DNA of 64,000 bases from a virus (Duplodnaviria > Caudoviricetes): IMG/VR virus record IMGVR_UViG_3300021978_000001, positions 160,001-224,000 of that record. One strand, 5' to 3'. Numbering within the stretch: position 1 is the first letter of the stretch; every line of letters begins with the position of its first letter. The notes below the pieces were generated by a model that did no database searches, was not told where the DNA came from, and was given only the letters and a program-made list of their open reading frames with translations. The position numbers and the translations under genes are program-made. Shown piece after piece: positions 19,490 to 29,223 of the stretch.

Positions 19490-20015
19490 TGTTGTAGTAG
19501 CGCGCATCACGCGACACCTCCTCGACCACCCAGGGCGGGAGCTGGACAATCTCTCCCGTGTGTTCCAGCTCCACTTCGGCAAGCACCAGCCCTTCGAGCG
19601 CCCCCTCGAACACATCGACAGACCAGACCTTTCCTGCATAGGAGAAGTTGTATCGCATCTTCACCAGGGTCGCGTCACAATCTGCCCAGAGCTTCTCGAA
19701 CAGCTCCAGGGGTATGTCATGCTCGATCTCTGCGCGCGAGAGCTTCGCATCCGCAGGCCCCTTGATAGTGAGAAGGCAGCGATCATGGTACGCATGATTC
19801 ATCAGCTCTTTGCCGACCTCGTTCACATGAGACGGCACCTCGCGCACCTGGCTGTAGCGCACTCGAACCGTCTTCTCGGGACATACCGAGGCAAGGATAT
19901 ACCCCTGCTCGAACTTGAGTGCAAACACCGACCCCGCTTGAAAATCACTGGAGGCTTTCCACATTTCGACGTCCACGAGAAACTTGCGCTCGATCTCGAC
20001 CTTGGAGTCACCCAT
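19440..20015 (-). CDS. CYTH-domain protein (triphosphatase / adenylate cyclase fold)
   Basis: EIERKFLV, RVR, LTIKG, RAEIE, WSVDVF, LAEVE. Confidence 0.92.
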   Translation of the reverse strand: MGDSKVEIERKFLVDVEMWKASSDFQAGSVFALKFEQGYILASVCPEKTVRVRYSQVREVPSHVNEVGKELMNHAYHDRCLLTIKGPADAKLSRAEIEHDIPLELFEKLWADCDATLVKMRYNFSYAGKVWSVDVFEGALEGLVLAEVELEHTGEIVQLPPWVVEEVSRDARYYNINLARSQEVPASPGAS

Positions 20016-21911
20016 TCACTTCTCCTTTGCCATGTGTTGTACGATCATCTCTTTGCGCACAGTCGCAGACCGCCCCATAACGTCCTCGACGACCTGGTTT
20101 GCCTTATCCTCATCAGGGACCCCGATCGGTAGAAGCGTGCGTGAGGAAGGCGTCAGCGCGGTCTGACGCAACTCATCACGCTGCATCTCCCCCAATCCCT
20201 TGAAACGTGCAATCTCGGGCGTCCTCTTCGTTTTCTTGAGGAACGCGGCGAGCGCTTTGTCATCTTCGAGCCACTGTGAACGCGAGCCCACCGTGACTTT
20301 ATACAGAGGCGGCTTGGCCATGTAGACATGCCCCTGACGAATCAGCTCGGGCATATAGCGCCAGAAAAACGTCAAGAGCAAGGTCGCGATGTGCGCGCCG
20401 TCACTATCCGCATCCATCAGGAGGATGACCTTGTGATAACGCAGCGAAGAGATGTCGAAGTGCTCTCCGACACCACACCCGAGCGCTTCCACGATGTCCC
20501 CGAGTTCCTTGTTCTTCAAGACTTGCTTGGCGGTCGCGCTCTCCGCGTTCAGCACCTTACCACGCAAGGGAAGAATCGCCTGTGTGCGTCGCTCACGCGC
20601 TTGCTTGGCGTTACCTCCAGCAGAGTCTCCCTCCACAATGAACAGCTCACATTCGGCAGGGTTGGTCGAGGTACAATCCGCGAGCTTTCCAGGCAATGCG
20701 AGCTTCTTGCTCGTGGGTTTCTTGCGCTTGACCAGCTTCGATGCCGAACGCGAGGCTTGACGCGCCTTGGCCGCCTGGATGATGCGCTGTGCGATAGCCG
20801 TGGCCGTTTCTGAATGTGCCAGCAAGAAGCTCTCCATGCCTGACCGCACGATCGAAGCGACCGCCGCCTGCACATCACTCGTGAGCTTGTCCTTTGTCTG
20901 GCTCTGGAAAGACAGGTCTCCACCCCAGAACACGCTCACGATGGCTTTGGTGCCCTCATGGATGTCTTCCGAGGTGATTTGCAAACTCTTGGGCACGAGC
21001 CCGGACGCATCGAGGTAGGCACGAATAGCCTGACGAATCCCCTGCTTCAAGCCATTCGCGTGAGTGCCACCAAATGCATTGGGGATCGTGTTGGCGAACG
21101 CGAACAACTCCTCGTTAGTATCCTCGGTCCACTTGAGCGCCCAACGCACCAAGAGGTCAGGCGCTTCGCCTTCCCCGAGGATGGTTTGCGTATGCACCGG
21201 AACCGAGCACGCCGCGCGTTCAATCGCATCCATGTAGTCCGACAGGCCACCCTCATGCTCGAAGACCTCTTCCTTCCCTTCTGCGCGAAAGACGAGCTTG
21301 AGACCCGGGTTGAGATAGGTCTTGATCTCCAGGCGCTCTCGCAACAGATCAATGTCGAAGGTCCTCGCCCCGAAGATCTCCTCATCCGGCGTGAACACGA
21401 TCCGCGTCCCTGTCTGACGCTTGGGCACGGTACCCACAGCCTTGACTGCTGCTTCCGGGATACCCCGAACATACACCTGGTGGTGTTCCTTACCCTCGCG
21501 CCATACCGTCGCTTCTAACCGGGAAGAGAGAAAGTTGACCACCGACGCGCCGACGCCGTGCAGTCCGCCCGAGGTCTTGTACGAGCCCCCCTCCTGGAAC
21601 TTTGCTCCCGAGTGAAGAATGGTCAAAACCACCTGAAGCGTGGACACCTTCCGCTTGGAGTGCTTGCTCACAGGAATGCCACGGCCATTGTCTGCCACGG
21701 TCACGGTCTTCCCGTCCGCAGACAGCTCGACCTCGATCAAGGAAGCATGACCGTTCATCGCTTCATCGACCGCGTTATCGACCACTTCCCATACGAGGTG
21801 GTGATAACCTGCCTTCCCCGTATCTCCAATATACATCCCGGGACGCTTACGCACAGCCTCGCGATCATCGAGCACTTCAATCGCGTCGCCATCATATTCG
21901 TTCTTGCTCAA
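20016..21911 (-). CDS. gyrB: type IIA DNA topoisomerase B subunit (GyrB/ParE)
   Basis: VRKRPGMYIG, EVVDNAVDE, GGLHGVGASVVN, EGDSAGG, PLRGK, DADSDG, RFKGLGEM; TTG start after GGAGGT. Confidence 0.97.
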   Translation of the reverse strand: MSKNEYDGDAIEVLDDREAVRKRPGMYIGDTGKAGYHHLVWEVVDNAVDEAMNGHASLIEVELSADGKTVTVADNGRGIPVSKHSKRKVSTLQVVLTILHSGAKFQEGGSYKTSGGLHGVGASVVNFLSSRLEATVWREGKEHHQVYVRGIPEAAVKAVGTVPKRQTGTRIVFTPDEEIFGARTFDIDLLRERLEIKTYLNPGLKLVFRAEGKEEVFEHEGGLSDYMDAIERAACSVPVHTQTILGEGEAPDLLVRWALKWTEDTNEELFAFANTIPNAFGGTHANGLKQGIRQAIRAYLDASGLVPKSLQITSEDIHEGTKAIVSVFWGGDLSFQSQTKDKLTSDVQAAVASIVRSGMESFLLAHSETATAIAQRIIQAAKARQASRSASKLVKRKKPTSKKLALPGKLADCTSTNPAECELFIVEGDSAGGNAKQARERRTQAILPLRGKVLNAESATAKQVLKNKELGDIVEALGCGVGEHFDISSLRYHKVILLMDADSDGAHIATLLLTFFWRYMPELIRQGHVYMAKPPLYKVTVGSRSQWLEDDKALAAFLKKTKRTPEIARFKGLGEMQRDELRQTALTPSSRTLLPIGVPDEDKANQVVEDVMGRSATVRKEMIVQHMAKEK

Positions 21912-21941
21912 AGCCTTACCTCCACGTTGAGTGTGCGAGAG

Positions 21942-21970
21942 TTTGTAGCACAAAACCTCTTTTCCGTCAA
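21942..21970 (-). promoter_or_regulatory. sigma70-like promoter
   Basis: TTGACG-N17-TACAAA with extended TG on the minus strand. Confidence 0.55.
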
Positions 21971-22266
21971 CAATCCTTTTATATCACGTCGTCATGACCC
22001 CGCGTGTAAAAGGGGTACACCCCTTAGAGAAGAGTGATCAGTGCAACAAGCCACGACCAAAACCCAAACAACCTACCAGGGCGCCGCCCTTGGATGGTTG
22101 GGTTGCGCCGTGTCGCCATCTGCTCTGACCTTTGTCCTCGTGCGTCGTCGCGCAGATATTGCGAGCAACCCCGAAGGACACATGTAAGCTCTCTCAAGGC
22201 CCACATACACGCCAACCAAGGGAAGAGAGCTTTTCACCAAAGAAGCCTCTTCCCTTTTTTATTTGC

Positions 22267-22296
22267 TTGACGCTGTGCCTTACTTCAAGGTACACT
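22267..22296 (+). promoter_or_regulatory. sigma70-like promoter of the sigma gene
   Basis: TTGACG-N18-TACACT followed by AAGGAGG RBS. Confidence 0.6.
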
Positions 22297-22325
22297 TGGT
22301 CGAGTAAACAAGGAGGAGATACGCC

Positions 22326-22874
22326 ATGACCGAAGTGACTCAAGACAATCTCAGCTTTGATGATGAACTCTGCATGTTGGTTCCCGCGCTCCAGAGCAAC
22401 GCGCGACGTTACTGCAAGAGCGATGCGGACCTGCAAGACCTCGTACAGCAGACGGTCGAGAAGGCGTTGGTGTATCGGACCAGTTACACCCCTGGTACCA
22501 ACATGAAGGCGTGGCTCAGTACGATCATGCGCAACCTCTATATCAACAAGTACCGTAGCATCCAACGCCGGTACGCGTTGATGGAAAAGATCGAAATGGA
22601 GCCCGAGCGTCCCGTCGCTGTCCAACCCGACCACCGCGACGGCTTGAACGATGCCAACACCATCCTGGAGACCCTCAAGGAGGGCTTGTCGGAGTGTTAC
22701 TTCGAGACGCTCAAGCAGTGCGACTATGATGACAAGAGCTATCGCGAGATCGCAGAAGACATGGATGTCCCTATCGGAACCGTGATGTCGCGCCTGTTCC
22801 GCGCGCGCCGCGCAGCTCGAAACCTCATCCTCGAACACTACACGCAAGAGGCTCTCGACTACGTTGGGGAATGA
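22326..22874 (+). CDS. ECF-type RNA polymerase sigma factor
   Basis: Region 2 DLVQQTVEKAL...AWLSTIMRNLYIN; region 4 SYREIAEDMDVPIGTVMSRLFRAR. Confidence 0.95.
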   Translation: MTEVTQDNLSFDDELCMLVPALQSNARRYCKSDADLQDLVQQTVEKALVYRTSYTPGTNMKAWLSTIMRNLYINKYRSIQRRYALMEKIEMEPERPVAVQPDHRDGLNDANTILETLKEGLSECYFETLKQCDYDDKSYREIAEDMDVPIGTVMSRLFRARRAARNLILEHYTQEALDYVGE

Positions 22875-22897
22875 TCTGCGAACAGTCGGAAAACAAC

Positions 22898-22935
22898 TTG
22901 ACGGCGGTCTAGCTTTACGCTAAGATCGCCGTCAA
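22898..22935. promoter_or_regulatory. inverted repeat enclosing a sigma70-like promoter
   Basis: TTGACGGCG-N20-CGCCGTCAA; TTGACG-N17-TAAGAT on the plus strand. Confidence 0.6.
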
Positions 22936-23071
22936 TGCTTCGAGAGACAAGCCGTGTCCCCCTGCCCATCTAACTTTTGAGGATTCAAGAGGAACGGTGG
23001 GTGTCCCACAGGACAGAAAATCAGAGCTGCTCAAGCGCTGATCCGAGGTTCTCCTACCTCATATCTCCCAA

Positions 23072-23815
23072 TCACTTTCCGGTACTACCATACCCCCCAC
23101 GGCTGGTCTCTCGGAGCAGGTCTTGTGTGACCTGAATCAGTGAAGGTCTCGCGGCGGGCAAGAAGAGCATCTGCACCATCTTCTCCCCTTCGGCATACAA
23201 GAGATCCGGTTCTTCTACCGAAGTAAAGACATCGTACACCCCATACCCGTCATCAGACACCTTGACGTGGCGAGTCGAACTCGCGTCCATGGGTGTCCCA
23301 AAAGCATCGAAGCACTGAGCCGACAGAGGCTTGTGCCCGAGCGGTGCATCGAGCGCGAGGCGGCCTACAAACTCCATCTTGGGTAGGCTACGTTCCAACC
23401 ACACGCTCATCGTATCCTCACGACCACAATATCTCGGGTCGATCACGCCTACCGTGTTGCAGATGCGCACGCTCTTGGCGTACTTGGTCCCAAAGCTCGA
23501 CCGGGGTGTCAAGAGCACGAAGAGAGGCTCGGGTGTCTCGATCACAACCTGCATATCGACTTCACGACGGCAACCATGAGGGAGCCACACGTCTTGGGGT
23601 GCGCAAAGATCATAACCCACATCTCCTGGCTTGGGAGAGATGGGCGCGTGATCATGCCCGACACATGCGAAGCGAATCTCACAAGACACGTCCATGGCAA
23701 GCAACGAGAGCGCCTCGCTGACTTCTTCGGATGTGGCGTCCTGGGGTTGCGCGGCTAACTCCTGTAGGCGCGCTTCGACCTCGTTCATGCGTTGGGTCAG
23801 GGTCTTCTTACTCAT
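23072..23815 (-). CDS. dut: trimeric dUTPase with insertion
   Basis: GDVGYDL, PRSS, GVIDPRYCG, MVQ, RGGYGSTG. Confidence 0.9.
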   Translation of the reverse strand: MSKKTLTQRMNEVEARLQELAAQPQDATSEEVSEALSLLAMDVSCEIRFACVGHDHAPISPKPGDVGYDLCAPQDVWLPHGCRREVDMQVVIETPEPLFVLLTPRSSFGTKYAKSVRICNTVGVIDPRYCGREDTMSVWLERSLPKMEFVGRLALDAPLGHKPLSAQCFDAFGTPMDASSTRHVKVSDDGYGVYDVFTSVEEPDLLYAEGEKMVQMLFLPAARPSLIQVTQDLLRETSRGGYGSTGK

Positions 23816-24243
23816 GAAAATTTCTCCAATACCTGAGCAGCGATCACTTCCGCTACCTGTTGATAATACGATGAGGGGGATGGCACGGGCTCATCCTCTC
23901 CCCAATCCTTGATGTACTCGTAATAAGGGGTGTAGTCGATCGAGAGTGTGTGCTCATCACACGCACCTTCGGTACCCACATACACCACTCCCTTGTACAT
24001 GTGCGCCTGGTAACCATGCCGCAAGTTACGATGCATGGTGGCCAGTCCTTCATGAGATACCATACGAGCGGCGCGAGCAGAAGCAGCTTCCGAATGATCG
24101 TTGCACACAAAGAGGATCGTCTTCACAAACGAAGGCATACCCTCGTGAGAACTTCCAGGACCACCAGGCCGCATCACCCTACGGCGGGCGCGTCGCTTGG
24201 CCACCCGAGCCTTACGTGCCCTGAGAATCTTATGCTGTGTCAT
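23812..24243 (-). CDS. hypothetical protein with basic N-terminus
   Basis: Member of an operon with overlapping stops and starts. Confidence 0.6.
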   Translation of the reverse strand: MTQHKILRARKARVAKRRARRRVMRPGGPGSSHEGMPSFVKTILFVCNDHSEAASARAARMVSHEGLATMHRNLRHGYQAHMYKGVVYVGTEGACDEHTLSIDYTPYYEYIKDWGEDEPVPSPSSYYQQVAEVIAAQVLEKFS

Positions 24244-24581
24244 TCTTCCTCCGCAAAGAGATCGTCATCGTAGACACCACGTAGCTTCGCAGGTATATCC
24301 AACGCTTCACCCTCGTAACCAGAAAGCACCATCACCCTGTCCAACACCCCATCCCGGGTGTAAGAAGCCAGCGTCACACAACGCTCCGGCCCCAGGAAAC
24401 CTCCCAGGGTCCACTGATCAACTGTGAAGTAATCGCAATGGACACGTTGGATGCCCATATCTTCGAGGCGGGTACTCAACTCATGCTTGACACACCGTTC
24501 CGCGCGGTCGCGCGTACCAAACGCTGCAACCGGGGTACGGGTTCCATCGAGCCAGACTTGTACTACAAAAACATGGGTCAT
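24240..24581 (-). CDS. hypothetical protein
   Basis: Overlapping stop/start with neighbours. Confidence 0.6.
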   Translation of the reverse strand: MTHVFVVQVWLDGTRTPVAAFGTRDRAERCVKHELSTRLEDMGIQRVHCDYFTVDQWTLGGFLGPERCVTLASYTRDGVLDRVMVLSGYEGEALDIPAKLRGVYDDDLFAEEE

Positions 24582-24832
24582 TTAAGCCACTCCTGATATG
24601 CCTCTTCCACCAAGGACGCCGCCCTCATGCGATCAGACCAGTGGTAGATCACGCTGAATATGTAAGCCATGGCGGGATAGAGAGATGCGAGCAAGCGCGA
24701 AAGCATGACGTCACACAATTCCCCTACAGGGTTCGCGTGGACTTCGACCCGGATACCCTCCGGGGCTTGCGCAAATTCAACCCTCCAGACAGAGGGGAAC
24801 GCTTGCTGAATATCAGGGGTCGGGTCCTTCAC
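24578..24832 (-). CDS. hypothetical protein
   Basis: Overlapping stop/start with neighbours. Confidence 0.55.
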   Translation of the reverse strand: MKDPTPDIQQAFPSVWRVEFAQAPEGIRVEVHANPVGELCDVMLSRLLASLYPAMAYIFSVIYHWSDRMRAASLVEEAYQEWLK

Positions 24833-25056
24833 GCGCTTCCCTCCAAAGCAGGGGGAAATTCGCGGTCGAGATCAACACGGGTCAAGATACTGAGACGACG
24901 CAACGCCGTCTCGGGGTCTTTGGACCAATGCCTGAGATCACGGAGTCTCGGGTCTTTGCTCGCGCGTGCGCGCGCCAGAGCATCCTTGTACAGGAGGTCC
25001 CAGCGGCTCTGAGACTTCTTGCGTTGCTTGACATGATGTGCGAGTGGCTTGGGCAT
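24829..25056 (-). CDS. small basic hypothetical protein
   Basis: Start MPKPL immediately after the upstream TAA. Confidence 0.55.
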   Translation of the reverse strand: MPKPLAHHVKQRKKSQSRWDLLYKDALARARASKDPRLRDLRHWSKDPETALRRLSILTRVDLDREFPPALEGSA

Positions 25057-25057
25057 G

Positions 25058-25492
25058 TTATTCCTCGGACAGTACGTCTCCGTTGCGAATAGACATGACC
25101 TCCTTGCCTTTGACACCTGGCATGATCAGGCGTTGGAACTCCGGGCTGATCGAAGCCAGGGCAATATCCCAGATCAGGTCGATCACCGTCCCCGCTGTGA
25201 TCATCAAGGGTTTCCAGTTTTGATAGGTAGACTTGACATCTCGAAAGATCTCACGCCCCTCCCTGGTCTTTAGCACCAGGGTGAACGAAGAGACAGGCAC
25301 ATACACGCCCTCGGGCTTCGTGAACTTCATGGGGAAGCGCACCTGCACGCGCTTGTCTCCTGCCGTGATCTCAGGAGAGGTATGGTAGCCCCAACCCTCG
25401 ATCTCGACATAAACGTTCTGACCCTCGATCATCCTGAGCAAGACTTCCTGCTCGTTATCCTTCAAGGGTTTGTACTTGATATTGGCAGACAC
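25058..25492 (-). CDS. hypothetical protein
   Basis: 144-aa ORF with plausible composition. Confidence 0.65.
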   Translation of the reverse strand: MSANIKYKPLKDNEQEVLLRMIEGQNVYVEIEGWGYHTSPEITAGDKRVQVRFPMKFTKPEGVYVPVSSFTLVLKTREGREIFRDVKSTYQNWKPLMITAGTVIDLIWDIALASISPEFQRLIMPGVKGKEVMSIRNGDVLSEE

Positions 25493-25545
25493 TTACACAC
25501 CTCTTACTTTTCTACGACGAAACCTTTGCCTGAACCACACGGGTA

Positions 25546-25971
25546 TCAGGGAGTCTCCAGCACGTGAATCTTGTACGCGCGGGCTCGACCCCCGCGACCT
25601 GATCTCACCTGGAAGCGGACGACCATACCTTGCACGAGGAGATCGTGATCTGCATCCACAATATCCGTAAAGTGTGCAAACGCATCGGCCTTTCCTTGAC
25701 GCTCAATAAAGCCGTAGCCTTTCTCCGCGTTGAAGAATTTGACCGCGCCTTCCTCCTCATCCAGGGAAGGGGGGCTCACACGCTCTACCTCGATTGCCTG
25801 CCACCCACGACGACCTTCTACAGGTTTGAACTCGACCTCTTCCCCTTCCAGGAGAAGATCGCCATCATTGAGATCAGTGACGTGGACAAAATAATCCACC
25901 TCATCACGCTCGATGAAGCCAAACCCTTTGGTGTAATTGAAAAACTTGACCTTGCCTCGAATCATTTCCAC
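25546..25971 (-). CDS. tandem cold-shock domain protein
   Basis: Two CSDs: GKVKFFNYTKGFGFI..YFVHVTDL and GAVKFFNAEKGYGFI..FAHFTDI. Confidence 0.93.
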   Translation of the reverse strand: MEMIRGKVKFFNYTKGFGFIERDEVDYFVHVTDLNDGDLLLEGEEVEFKPVEGRRGWQAIEVERVSPPSLDEEEGAVKFFNAEKGYGFIERQGKADAFAHFTDIVDADHDLLVQGMVVRFQVRSGRGGRARAYKIHVLETP

Positions 25972-26090
25972 AACAGCACCTCACTCCTCCATTGGCTGGC
26001 GCCCTTTCAACTGTTCCGAGGACCCACAATATAAACGCGTAATCATGACATCTCGAAAAGCATCAAGGGATTGGTATCAGAGGGTTGGCA

Positions 26091-26441
26091 TCAAGCATCC
26101 CGAGGGTCAGGAGGGGTATCAGGCTCCCACGCTCCGAGGCCGGACAGGAACGCTTCGATCGCCACACAAGCCAGGAACTCCTCACGCAGCCCTCGCAGGT
26201 GCTCGGAATATGCATCCCAATCCCCGAGATGGTCGTTCAGCTCTCGCGTGCGCGCCAGGCGACGCTCGATCCAGAAATTCATCTCGACCGCTGTCTCCAG
26301 CACGGCAATAGCCTCGAACACTCGCTCCGACTGCTCACCGATCTCTCGGGCTGCCTGGGTGATCGCGCTCAGGGCCTTGAGCCCCTCGAAGGTAGCCTGC
26401 TCCACAGGTTCGGCATTGGCACGGCGTCTACGGCGCTTCAT
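26091..26441 (-). CDS. helical hypothetical protein
   Basis: 116-aa ORF, overlapping stop/start. Confidence 0.6.
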   Translation of the reverse strand: MKRRRRRANAEPVEQATFEGLKALSAITQAAREIGEQSERVFEAIAVLETAVEMNFWIERRLARTRELNDHLGDWDAYSEHLRGLREEFLACVAIEAFLSGLGAWEPDTPPDPRDA

Positions 26442-26746
26442 GTGTTATCTCCCGGTGGGATCACAGGCAGTTGAGGCTGCTGGCGATTGGCCTGCTCGGT
26501 ACGGTCTGTATACTTGTTCACGAGAGACATGAACGCCTCATTCTGTTCGATGAGATCTTGTACCAGCGTCTCATCGCGCAAGGCAAAATCAATGTACTCC
26601 TGGGGAATGTTATCACATTGCCCTCCCGCAGCACATTTGAGCAACCCTGTCCTTGCATCAGGCACCCTGGCCAGGATGTCGAAGACAAGCTCCGCGTAGA
26701 AGTGCTCGAAGGCGCAACGCCCCTGTTGGAACCAATAGCAGCTCAT
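26438..26746 (-). CDS. Cys-containing hypothetical protein
   Basis: 102-aa ORF, overlapping stop/start. Confidence 0.6.
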   Translation of the reverse strand: MSCYWFQQGRCAFEHFYAELVFDILARVPDARTGLLKCAAGGQCDNIPQEYIDFALRDETLVQDLIEQNEAFMSLVNKYTDRTEQANRQQPQLPVIPPGDNT

Positions 26747-28284
26747 GCTTCCTCCAATTCACCGTCGTACTCGAAATCGTCCTCGAAATCATCCTCGAAG
26801 TCATCATCCTCGAAGTCAATGACGTCCGGTTCATTCTCGAAATCAATGACGTCGGGTACGAGGTCTTGCTTCGATTCAGGTTTATCCCCGAACACCGCGA
26901 CACCCGTGGGCTTGTAGCCTCGTGGACGCCACTTCTCACTGAAAGTAATATCCCGTTCATCGAACTTCAAGTCTTCCCGGGACCAGTCCTTGGGCAAGTT
27001 GTCGAGCTTGATGCGTCGAATCAACTCACGCACATGCGCTCCCGAGAGGCTCGCCTCGACCGCAAAGTGCGAAATGGCAAGGATCTGGTCCTTGGTCACC
27101 GGGAGTCCTTCGAGCGTCGCGAGGTAGCCGATCACGCGCCCCATAACATGAGGGGGTGGCGGCTTGATGCGCCAGATCTCATCGAAGCGGCCAGGGCGCT
27201 TGAGCGCGTCCGGGAGCTTGTCGAGTTCGTTGGTTGTCGCCAGGAGCAACGGGATCTTGGTCTCGGTCTCCTCGAACAACGCCAACAGATCGTTGAGCTT
27301 GCTGCCCATGCGGTCGATGTCATCCATGATCACGATGTCAGGCGCACACAGCAAGAGCGTATCCATGAAATACTTGATGCTGTTGGCCTTCATGATCACG
27401 TCTGTGGGGACATACAAGACCCTGCACCCGGTCGCGACCATACCGAGGTGACGCGCGAGCGTGCTCTTGCCCATCCCGGGATCACCATCGAGGATGATGA
27501 AACGGCGCATCTGAATTTCGAGCGCGCGTAGCCACCGTTGGATGAGCTTGAGACCGAACTCCCCTTCATACATCCAGAGGGGTTCTTCCTTGGTACGGAA
27601 AGCAAACTCGCGGTTCACGCCCCATTCCATCTCGATCTGGCGACCCTTGTGATCCCACAAAAGCGCGCTCAAGGCACGACGTACTTCCTGTACATCATGT
27701 CCTTGCTCACACACCAGCTCGGAGTAATCGAAGTTCTCTCGAAACCAGTAGACCTTGACAGGGCTACCATCACGAAGCGTCAACATGTAGGAGTAGAGTG
27801 TTGGCCCCTTGCGCTTGCCATCCGAAGATGCAGAGGTCTCCTCTTCTTTGATGCGCTCCTGGTCCAACAAGCTCACAAACAGGTGGGTGACGCTATCCTG
27901 CGTCAGTTCCACCCCTGCTTCCTTGATGGCTTTGAACATGGCGAGCGCGGGAGCGACCGAGACCCTATCGAAGTCATAGAGTGTCTCTGCGGTCTTGAAT
28001 GCCGCGTGGACCCAGGTCAAGGGGTTCTCTTTCTTGATGCCTGCGCCGATCTTGAACAGACGCTCACCCTTGCGAACGGTCTCACGCACCTCTCGCCTGT
28101 TATAAAAATCACGCGCCTCCTTGACCCCCTGGCGCACCTGATCACGCGTTTTCTGCACCGCTTGAGCCAGGGGACTCGAAGGGAAAGTCGCGTCGGGAGG
28201 AGTGAAAGACCGAGAGGACTCTTCCTCGGGGGATGAATCCGCTTCCGGCCCAATCTCCTCAAACCCGTTTTTCTTTTGCGTCAT
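26743..28284 (-). CDS. AAA+ ATPase
   Basis: GDPGMGKS, IVIMDDID, TTNELDKLPDALKRPGRFD; acidic tail. Confidence 0.92.
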   Translation of the reverse strand: MTQKKNGFEEIGPEADSSPEEESSRSFTPPDATFPSSPLAQAVQKTRDQVRQGVKEARDFYNRREVRETVRKGERLFKIGAGIKKENPLTWVHAAFKTAETLYDFDRVSVAPALAMFKAIKEAGVELTQDSVTHLFVSLLDQERIKEEETSASSDGKRKGPTLYSYMLTLRDGSPVKVYWFRENFDYSELVCEQGHDVQEVRRALSALLWDHKGRQIEMEWGVNREFAFRTKEEPLWMYEGEFGLKLIQRWLRALEIQMRRFIILDGDPGMGKSTLARHLGMVATGCRVLYVPTDVIMKANSIKYFMDTLLLCAPDIVIMDDIDRMGSKLNDLLALFEETETKIPLLLATTNELDKLPDALKRPGRFDEIWRIKPPPPHVMGRVIGYLATLEGLPVTKDQILAISHFAVEASLSGAHVRELIRRIKLDNLPKDWSREDLKFDERDITFSEKWRPRGYKPTGVAVFGDKPESKQDLVPDVIDFENEPDVIDFEDDDFEDDFEDDFEYDGELEEA

Positions 28285-28298
28285 AAAGAACCTGTCGC

Positions 28299-29162
28299 TT
28301 ACTTGGGAATTTTGGTGAACGGAACGTAACAGTACCGACAAGCCGATGCACAACCAAACTGCTGACCCTGACATGGATCAATCGAAAGCTGACATGTACA
28401 CCCATGTTCGGGGACACCTGCGGTATCCAGTTGGAATACACGATCCAGCCTAGCACGGTCAACACATGAAGTCGAGAAACAATCCTGTGCCTCCTCGGAG
28501 GCCAGCGCATGCATCAAAGCCAGATCATCCGCACATACCCCCACGCGCACGCCACAAGAGGAAGCAATGCGCACGAGCGCTGCCAGAACCTCGATGCGCG
28601 TGGCTTTCTCACCAGGGAGGTCACTGTCCGGGTTCTGGTAGCCTTCCTTCCAGTGAGGAGAAGGCTGCAACAGGCTCACATCGACCTCATCGTAACCCAC
28701 CTGCGCCATGGTATGACACAGGCGCTCGAAATGCTCTTGACGTGCCGTGTTGTAGTGGAAATCGTTGGGAACAGGGGAGTAGCGCCACCGGGTCTTCTCG
28801 ATACCCAGGACATCGACCAAAGCCTTGGCCGCGTCGAGCTGCTTGTCTAGGGAGGGCACGCGCGTCTCGACCTCTTCCCAACCCGTAATGGTCAGCGCCA
28901 CGAAGACACGCCAATCCGCGATCCAGCCTTCCTTGAGCGCGGTCGTGAGGTGTTCGGGATACTTGGTCCAGAAATACAAGCTGTGTACATGCTCGGGGCG
29001 CGCGTCCCACATACTGAGCGTGAGAGACTCAGGGTCAGTGGCGAAGATGATCTTCTTGTTGAGCAGCACATCCTTGAGCCACGGCATATACCAGTGCGCG
29101 ACATCTGTCCAACGTGACAGGGAAACAGGGAGCCCGCGCTCCAGGGTACTCTTGATTTTCAT
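28299..29162 (-). CDS. DUF1848-like (radical-SAM-related) protein
   Basis: SRWTD, FWTKYP, WRYSP, CTCQLSID, CASACRYCY. Confidence 0.75.
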   Translation of the reverse strand: MKIKSTLERGLPVSLSRWTDVAHWYMPWLKDVLLNKKIIFATDPESLTLSMWDARPEHVHSLYFWTKYPEHLTTALKEGWIADWRVFVALTITGWEEVETRVPSLDKQLDAAKALVDVLGIEKTRWRYSPVPNDFHYNTARQEHFERLCHTMAQVGYDEVDVSLLQPSPHWKEGYQNPDSDLPGEKATRIEVLAALVRIASSCGVRVGVCADDLALMHALASEEAQDCFSTSCVDRARLDRVFQLDTAGVPEHGCTCQLSIDPCQGQQFGCASACRYCYVPFTKIPK

Positions 29163-29223
29163 TCCATAACCTCTTTCACTTCGAGTGATACCTGATAACA
29201 GGTACCACAAGATTGACAAGGCG

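Noticed and set aside
22930-23070. 6S RNA call for the intergenic transcript
   Set aside because: No recognisable 6S consensus or clear long hairpin with a central bubble by eye; kept only as a generic sRNA candidate.
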